Assembly (NCBI GenBank): GCA_965205265.1
Contig: CBDBGH010000003.1
Span: forward strand, 2,464,001 to 2,528,000
Length of the DNA: 64,000 nucleotides
Source: Alphaproteobacteria bacterium
GTDB lineage: Bacteria; Pseudomonadota; Alphaproteobacteria; Bin95
Reading direction: 5' to 3'
This document shows, one piece after another, positions 57,879 to 64,000 of this stretch; position 1 is the stretch's first letter; every line of letters starts with the position of its first letter. The notes below the pieces were generated by a model, which was not told where the DNA came from, made no database searches, and saw nothing but the letters and a program-made list of their open reading frames with translations. Made by a program: the position numbers and the translations under genes.

Positions 57879-59396
57879 ATGACAGCACAAGCCGATCCCT
57901 GGTTCGCCGAAGAACCGCCCTTCGAGGCCCCGCCCGACGACGGCCCCGCTTACCGCGAGCTTCCGGCCAATCTGGAGGTCGAGATGGCGCTGCTCGGCGC
58001 GATCCTGGTGGACAACCGTCTTCTGGAGCAGGTTGGCGACTTCCTGGAGCCGGACCATTTCTTCGACCCGAGCCACCGGCGCATCTACGAGGCCGTCCAG
58101 CGGGTGACCGAGCGCGGCGGCCAGGCGAGCCCCGCAACGCTGAGGGACCATTTCCAGCAGCAGGACCGGCTGGCCGATGTCGGCGGGCCGCGCTACCTCG
58201 CCGAACTGGCCGCGAGCGCCATCGGCGTCATCGACGCGGTCTCCTTCGGACAGGCCATCCACGACCTGCATCTGCGCCGCGCGCTCATCTCCATCGGCGG
58301 CGAGGTGGTCAACGAGGCCTATGACAGCGACCTCGAACTGACCGCCGCCGGCCGGATCGAAAAGGCGGAGCACCGGCTGTTCGAGCTCGCCACGACCGGA
58401 GCCGAGCACACGGGCTTCCGCCCCTTCTACGGCACGCTCGCCTCCGCTATCGACATGGCCGAAAGCGCCTTCCGCCGGGAAGGCAGCCTGACGGGCGTGA
58501 CCACCGGCTTCCGGGACATCGACGCAAAGCTGGGCGGCCTCCAGCGCTCCGACCTGCTCGTGCTGGCCGGGCGGCCCGGCATGGGCAAGACCGCGCTCGC
58601 GACCAATATCGCCTTCAACGCCGCGCGGGCGCGCGTCCGGGAACGCGGCGAGGACGACGAGGTCCACGAGATCGACGGCTACGCGGTCGCCTTCTTCTCG
58701 CTGGAGATGTCGGCCGAGCAGCTGGCGCTGCGCATCCTGTCCGAGCAGGCGCAGGTGTCCTCCGACGAGATCCGGCGCGGGCGCATCAGCCAGGCCGAGT
58801 TCGACGCGGTGTTCCGGGCAAGCCAGGACCTGGAAGACCTGAAGCTCTTTATCGACGACACGCCGGCGATCAGCGTTTCGCAGCTTCGCACCCGCGCCCG
58901 GCGCCTGCTGCGGAGCAACGGGCGCCTGGACCTGATCGTGGTGGACTATATCCAGCTCATGCAGCCGGGCGCCGGGCGGCGGCCGGAAAACCGCGTGCAG
59001 GAAGTCTCCGAGATCACCCGCGGCCTCAAGACCGTGGCCAAGGAGCTCGACCTGCCGATCCTCGCCCTCTCCCAGCTTTCCCGCGCCGTGGAGCAGCGCG
59101 AGGACAAGCGCCCCCACCTTGCGGACCTGCGCGAATCGGGCTCTATCGAGCAGGACTCCGACGTGGTGATGTTCATCTACCGCGAGGACTATTACCTCGC
59201 CCGCCAGGAGCCGCCGGCAGGCACCGACAAGCATATCGAGTGGCAAGAGCAGATGAACGAGGTCCACAATCTGGCCGATGTCATCGTCGCCAAGCAGCGC
59301 CACGGGCCGACCGGCAGGATCAAGCTCTTTTTCGAGGGCCAGTTCACCCGCTTCGCCGACCTCGAAAAGCATCGAGATGACGAACCGCCAAGCTGA
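57879..59396 (+). CDS. dnaB: Replicative DNA helicase
   Basis: LAGRPGMGKT, FFSLEMS, VDYIQLM, LSQLSR, DLRESGSIEQDSD, KQRHGP. Confidence 0.97.
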   Translation: MTAQADPWFAEEPPFEAPPDDGPAYRELPANLEVEMALLGAILVDNRLLEQVGDFLEPDHFFDPSHRRIYEAVQRVTERGGQASPATLRDHFQQQDRLADVGGPRYLAELAASAIGVIDAVSFGQAIHDLHLRRALISIGGEVVNEAYDSDLELTAAGRIEKAEHRLFELATTGAEHTGFRPFYGTLASAIDMAESAFRREGSLTGVTTGFRDIDAKLGGLQRSDLLVLAGRPGMGKTALATNIAFNAARARVRERGEDDEVHEIDGYAVAFFSLEMSAEQLALRILSEQAQVSSDEIRRGRISQAEFDAVFRASQDLEDLKLFIDDTPAISVSQLRTRARRLLRSNGRLDLIVVDYIQLMQPGAGRRPENRVQEVSEITRGLKTVAKELDLPILALSQLSRAVEQREDKRPHLADLRESGSIEQDSDVVMFIYREDYYLARQEPPAGTDKHIEWQEQMNEVHNLADVIVAKQRHGPTGRIKLFFEGQFTRFADLEKHRDDEPPS

Positions 59397-60456
59397 GGCC
59401 CCGGCCTCGCCGGGCCGGCTCACCATCGACCTCGACGCCATCGCCGGCAATTGGCGCAAGCTTTGCGGTCCGGCGGCGCCGGCGGCCGTCGCCGGCGTCG
59501 TCAAGGCGGACGCCTACGGGCTCGGCATGGATCGGGTGGCGCCGGCGCTCCAGCGGGCCGGCTGCTCCCTGTTCTTCGTGGCCGGGCTGGAGGAGGGCGC
59601 GGCGCTCAGGGCGCTGCTGCCCGATGCGGAGATCGCCGTGCTGAGCGCGCCGGTGGATGGCTTCCAGGCGGCCTATCGCGACTGCCGCCTGCTGCCGGTC
59701 CTGAACCATGCGGGCGACCTCGCCGCCTGGCCGGGCGAGGACGCCGTGCTGCATATCGACACCGGCATGACCCGCCTCGGCCTCGACGCCGCCGATGCAG
59801 CCGCGCTCGACCGGCGCCGCTTCCGCCTGGTGATGAGCCATCTCGCCTGCGCCGACGAACCGGACCATCCACTGAACGACGCCCAGCGGCGCCTGTTCGC
59901 GGAGCTGGCCGCCCGGTTCGACGCCCCTGCGAGCCTCGCCAACTCCGCCGGCATCTTCCTCGGCCCCGGCTACCGGTTCGACACCGTCCGGCCGGGCATG
60001 GCGCTGTACGGCCTCAACCCGACGCCGGACCGGGCGAACCCGATGCAGCCGGTCGTCCGCCTGGAGGCCCGCGTGCTCCAGGTCCGCGAGGTGGACCGGC
60101 CGCTCACCGTCGGCTACGGCGCCACGGCCGAAGTCCGCGCCGGCCAGCGGCTGGCCACGGTTGCCGCCGGCTATGCAGACGGCTATCTACGCGCCGCAAG
60201 CCCGAGGGCCGGCGCGCTGCTGCACGGCCGGAGGGCGCCGTTGGTCGGGCGCGTGTCGATGGATTCGATCGTAGTGGATGTGACCGGGCTGCCGCCGGGC
60301 TCCGTGAAGCCCGGCGACTGGGCCGTGCTGCTCGGCGAGGGCATGGACGCCGACGAACTGGCGGCGGCCGCCGGCACCATCGGCTACGAAATCCTGACCT
60401 CGCTCGGCGCGCGCTATGCGCGGTCTTATACCGGCGGCGGGGGCTCCGGCGCTTGA
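59377..60456 (+). CDS. alr: Alanine racemase
   Basis: VVKADAYG, HIDTGMTRLG, MSHLACAD, GYADG, GRVSMD, TIGYE. Confidence 0.96.
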   Translation: MTNRQAEAPASPGRLTIDLDAIAGNWRKLCGPAAPAAVAGVVKADAYGLGMDRVAPALQRAGCSLFFVAGLEEGAALRALLPDAEIAVLSAPVDGFQAAYRDCRLLPVLNHAGDLAAWPGEDAVLHIDTGMTRLGLDAADAAALDRRRFRLVMSHLACADEPDHPLNDAQRRLFAELAARFDAPASLANSAGIFLGPGYRFDTVRPGMALYGLNPTPDRANPMQPVVRLEARVLQVREVDRPLTVGYGATAEVRAGQRLATVAAGYADGYLRAASPRAGALLHGRRAPLVGRVSMDSIVVDVTGLPPGSVKPGDWAVLLGEGMDADELAAAAGTIGYEILTSLGARYARSYTGGGGSGA

Positions 60457-61226
60457 ACCCGCTGGCCGCCATCGGCCGGGCCTTTCTCGCCCTGCTGGAG
60501 GCGATGGGGTGCCTGGTGCTGTTCGCGGGCGCCGCGGTGTCGCACATCGTCCGCCCGCCCTTCTATCCGCGCGTGCTGCTGCGCCAGATGGTCGATATCG
60601 GCTACTACTCGCTGCCGGTGGTGGCGCTGACGACGCTGTTCAGCGGCATGGTGCTGGCGCTCCAGAGCCATACGGGCTTTGCGCGCTTTTCGGCCGAGGG
60701 CGCGGTCGCGGGCGTGGTCTCGCTCGCGATCACGCGCGAACTCGCGCCGGTGCTGGCGGGCCTCATGGTCGCCGGGCGGGTCGGCGCGTCCATGGCGGCG
60801 GAGCTCGGCACGATGCGCGTCACCGAGCAGATCGACGCGCTCTCCACCCTCTCGACCGACCCGATGAAATATCTGGTGGCGCCGCGCATCCTCGCGGGCT
60901 TCGCCATGCTGCCGCTGCTGGTGCTGGTCGGCGACATCATCGGCATATTCGGCGGCTATATCGTCGGCATCTACAAGCTCGATTTCGCGCCCGCCGCCTA
61001 TATCGACCAGACATGGCGGTTCGTCGAAGTCCACGATGTCGCGACGGGGCTGGTCAAGGCCGCGGTCTTCGGTTTCCTCGTCTCGCTGATGGGCTGCTAT
61101 CACGGCTACCGCTCGGAGGGCGGCGCGCAGGGCGTCGGGCGGGCGGCGACGGATGCGGTAGTCTCCTCAGCCATCCTCATCCTGGTGTTCAACTACATCA
61201 TCACCGAACTGTTCTTCGCCAAATGA
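60453..61226 (+). CDS. mlaE: MlaE-family ABC permease
   Basis: RELAPV, GRVGASMAAELGTMRVTEQIDAL, GGAQGVG; TTG start overlapping the alr stop. Confidence 0.92.
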   Translation: MNPLAAIGRAFLALLEAMGCLVLFAGAAVSHIVRPPFYPRVLLRQMVDIGYYSLPVVALTTLFSGMVLALQSHTGFARFSAEGAVAGVVSLAITRELAPVLAGLMVAGRVGASMAAELGTMRVTEQIDALSTLSTDPMKYLVAPRILAGFAMLPLLVLVGDIIGIFGGYIVGIYKLDFAPAAYIDQTWRFVEVHDVATGLVKAAVFGFLVSLMGCYHGYRSEGGAQGVGRAATDAVVSSAILILVFNYIITELFFAK

Positions 61227-62002
61227 GCGGCGCGGGCGAACCGAAGATCCGCATCCGGGGCCTGCACAAGGCCTTCGGTGCGAAACGCGTGCTGCAGGGC
61301 GTCGATCTCGATGTCGGCGCGGGCGAGTCGGTGGTCGTCATCGGCGGGTCGGGCACCGGCAAGTCGGTCACGGTCAAATGCGCGCTCGGCCTGGTCGAGC
61401 CGGACAGCGGCAGCATCCTGATCGACGGGGTGGAGTCGGTCGGGCTGAAGGGCGCGGCGCGCGAGGCGGTCAATGCGCGCATGGGCATGCTGTTCCAGGG
61501 CGGCGCGTTGTTCGACAGCCTCTCCGTCTGGGAAAATGTGGCCTTCGGTCTGGTGGCGGCCGGAGAGAAGTCCCGCAGGGAGGCGAAGCCGGTCGCGCTG
61601 GACACGCTCGCCCAGGTCGGCCTCGGCCCCGAAGTCGGCGAGCTGATGCCGGCGGAGCTTTCCGGCGGGATGCAGAAGCGCGTGGCGCTCGCCCGCGCCA
61701 TCGCCGCCCGGCCGGACATCGTCTTCTTCGACGAGCCGACCACGGGCCTCGACCCGATCATGGCCGATGTCATCAACGACCTGATCGTCGAATGCGTGCG
61801 CGAGCTGGGCGCGACGGCGCTCTCGATCACCCACGACATGGCCAGCGTGCGCAAGATCGCCGACCGCATCGCCATGCTGCATGACGGGCGGATTGTCTGG
61901 TCGGGGCCGGTCTCGGAGATCGACGAGAGCGGCGATCCTCATGTGGACCAGTTCATCCACGGCCGCGCGACCGGGCCGATCCGCATGGCGGTGCGCCGGT
62001 GA
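61223..62002 (+). CDS. mlaF: MlaF-family ABC ATP-binding protein
   Basis: GGSGTGKS, LFQGGALFDSL, LSGGMQKRVALAR, DEPTTGLDP. Confidence 0.92.
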   Translation: MSGAGEPKIRIRGLHKAFGAKRVLQGVDLDVGAGESVVVIGGSGTGKSVTVKCALGLVEPDSGSILIDGVESVGLKGAAREAVNARMGMLFQGGALFDSLSVWENVAFGLVAAGEKSRREAKPVALDTLAQVGLGPEVGELMPAELSGGMQKRVALARAIAARPDIVFFDEPTTGLDPIMADVINDLIVECVRELGATALSITHDMASVRKIADRIAMLHDGRIVWSGPVSEIDESGDPHVDQFIHGRATGPIRMAVRR

Positions 62003-63375
62003 GCCGCAAGGACCGCAGCTATGTCTGCCAGACCTGCGGGGCGGCGGCTCCGCTCTGGTCGGGGCGCTGCGCAAGCTGCGGGGCGTGGAACAGCCTTGTC
62101 GAGGAAGCGGCGGCGCCGGCCGCCGCCGGGCGGGCCGGCCGGAAGCTCGACCTGGTGCCGCTCGACGCGGCGCCGCCTCCCGTCGAGCGCCGCGCCACCG
62201 GCATCGCCGAGTTCGACCGGGTGCTGGGCGGCGGGCTGGTGCCGGGAAGCTGCGTGCTCATCGGCGGCGACCCCGGCATCGGCAAATCCACGCTTTTGCT
62301 GCAGGCAGCTGCGAAGCTGGCCGTCCGCGGCCATGACTGCCTCTATGTCACCGGCGAGGAAGCGGTCTCGCAAATCGCCATGCGGGCGCGCCGCCTCGGC
62401 ATGGCGGATGCGCCCGTTGCGCTTGCGGCCGCCACGGCGGCGGGCGACATCGCGGCCACCCTCTCCGAGCGGGGCGAGGTGGCGGTGGTCGATTCGATCC
62501 AGACCGTGCATCTCGACGGCCTCGAGTCGGCGGCCGGCTCGGTCGCCCAGGTGCGCGCCTCCGCCCAGGCGCTGATCGAGGTCGCCCGGCGGCGCGGGGC
62601 CGCGCTGCTGCTGGTCGGCCACGTCACCAAGGACGGCGCCATAGCGGGCCCGCGCGTGCTGGAGCACATGGTCGATACCGTGCTCTATTTCGAGGGCGAG
62701 CGCGGCCACCATTTCCGCATATTGCGCGCCGTGAAGAACCGCTACGGTGCGACCGACGAGATCGGCGTGTTCGAGATGACCGACCGGGGGCTCGGCGAGG
62801 TCGCCAATCCTTCTGCGCTGTTCCTCGGAGACCGGCAGGACGGCGCCGCGCTCGCCGGCACGGCGGTGTTTGCGGGTGTCGAGGGCGCGCGCCCGCTGCT
62901 GGTGGAAATCCAGGCGCTGGTCGGCCCGCCCGCCGCCGGCTCGCCGCGCCGGGCCGTCGTCGGCTGGGACGCGGGCCGGCTCGCCATGGTGCTGGCCGTG
63001 CTGGAGGCCCGCGCCGGGATCGCGCTCGGCGGGCGCGACATCTATCTCAATGTCGCGGGCGGGCTGCGCATTTCCGAGCCGGCGGCCGATCTCGCCGTGG
63101 CCGCCGCGCTCGTCTCCTCGCTCGAGGGCGCGGCCGCGCCGGCCGGGAGCGTGTGGTTCGGCGAAATCGGGCTCACCGGCGAGGTCCGCCCGGTCGCGCA
63201 TGGCGACACGCGGCTCAGGGAAGCGCGGAAGCTCGGCTTCGAGACCGCCGTCATGCCCTCGGCAAGGAAGCCCGCCGGAAGCGGCGGGCTGCGCATCGAG
63301 ACGATCGGCCATGTCGCGGAGGTCGCCGCCAGGCTCGGCGCGGGCCTCCCGGCCGAGAGGCGCGCGCGCGCATGA
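61999..63375 (+). CDS. radA: DNA repair protein RadA/Sms
   Basis: CQTCG...CASC zinc finger, GDPGIGKST, KNRYG, DLAVA. Confidence 0.96.
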   Translation: MSRKDRSYVCQTCGAAAPLWSGRCASCGAWNSLVEEAAAPAAAGRAGRKLDLVPLDAAPPPVERRATGIAEFDRVLGGGLVPGSCVLIGGDPGIGKSTLLLQAAAKLAVRGHDCLYVTGEEAVSQIAMRARRLGMADAPVALAAATAAGDIAATLSERGEVAVVDSIQTVHLDGLESAAGSVAQVRASAQALIEVARRRGAALLLVGHVTKDGAIAGPRVLEHMVDTVLYFEGERGHHFRILRAVKNRYGATDEIGVFEMTDRGLGEVANPSALFLGDRQDGAALAGTAVFAGVEGARPLLVEIQALVGPPAAGSPRRAVVGWDAGRLAMVLAVLEARAGIALGGRDIYLNVAGGLRISEPAADLAVAAALVSSLEGAAAPAGSVWFGEIGLTGEVRPVAHGDTRLREARKLGFETAVMPSARKPAGSGGLRIETIGHVAEVAARLGAGLPAERRARA

Positions 63376-64000
63376 CCGATATCTACACGCTCGACCTCGC
63401 GCTCTTCGCCGTCGTCGTCGGCTCGGCCATCATCGCCTATCTGCGCGGTTTCGTGCGCGAGGTGTTTTCGCTCGCAAGCTGGATCGGCGCGGCGGTCGTC
63501 GCCTGGCTGGCCTTCGCGCCGCTCACCGCCCTGTTGTCGCAATATCTGCAGCCTGCGGTGCTGGCGCGGATCGCGGCCGGCGCGGGCGGGTTCCTCGCCG
63601 CACTGGTGCTTCTGTCCCTCATTGCGGGACGGATAGCAGGGCGGGTGGAGCGGTCCAGCCACAGCGCGCTGGACCGCGCGCTCGGCTTCCTGTTCGGCAT
63701 CGTCAGGGGTGCCGTCATCATCTGCGCGCTCTACCTCGTGGGCACGCGGCTCGTGCCGCCCGACCACCAGCCGGGCTGGGTGCAGGACGCGCGCAGCATC
63801 CCCCTGGTGGCAGCGGGCGCCCGGGAGATCCAACGGCTCCTGCCCTCCGGCATTGCCGATTACGGCACCACGAAGGCCGACCGCATCCAGCAGGAGATCG
63901 ACCGGATCGAGGCAGGCAAGCGCCTCTACGAGAAGCTGGAACGGCCCGAGGCGGAGCCGGAAACGGCTGCAAAAACCCCGCCCAAGGGGTATAACGAACA
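63372..64000 (+). CDS. cvpA: CvpA-family membrane protein (3' end beyond the window)
   Basis: RGFVREVFSL, DRALGFLFGIVRG; conserved radA-cvpA synteny. Confidence 0.88.
   Translation, partial: MTDIYTLDLALFAVVVGSAIIAYLRGFVREVFSLASWIGAAVVAWLAFAPLTALLSQYLQPAVLARIAAGAGGFLAALVLLSLIAGRIAGRVERSSHSALDRALGFLFGIVRGAVIICALYLVGTRLVPPDHQPGWVQDARSIPLVAAGAREIQRLLPSGIADYGTTKADRIQQEIDRIEAGKRLYEKLERPEAEPETAAKTPPKGYNE

Overview
High-GC alphaproteobacterial chromosome segment. A housekeeping backbone (dnaK, udg, NYN, folK, rho, argD, nhaA, ubiA, aapJQMP, dnaB-alr-mlaEF-radA-cvpA) and many catabolic enzymes is interrupted by accessory inserts. The inserts are: an AbiE-type pair, a two-ATPase STAND/TPR operon with a frameshift in the first gene, a complete low-GC retron (msr-msd, NDT-like effector, RT; Ec73-like order), three type II TA pairs, a DUF5678-like/retropepsin pair, a DndB/DGQHR-like gene next to an orphan endonuclease, a decayed nuclease split by a nested MITE, and an IS1634-family element inserted in the 5' end of dnaB with a 67-bp target duplication. 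The most notable signals that a standard ORF caller would miss are a candidate arginine-sensing leader-peptide attenuator upstream of argD, the retron ncRNA, and a UGA-recoded UGSC selenoprotein. No rRNA, tRNA or CRISPR array was seen. All family assignments come from recognising motifs by eye, not from database searches.
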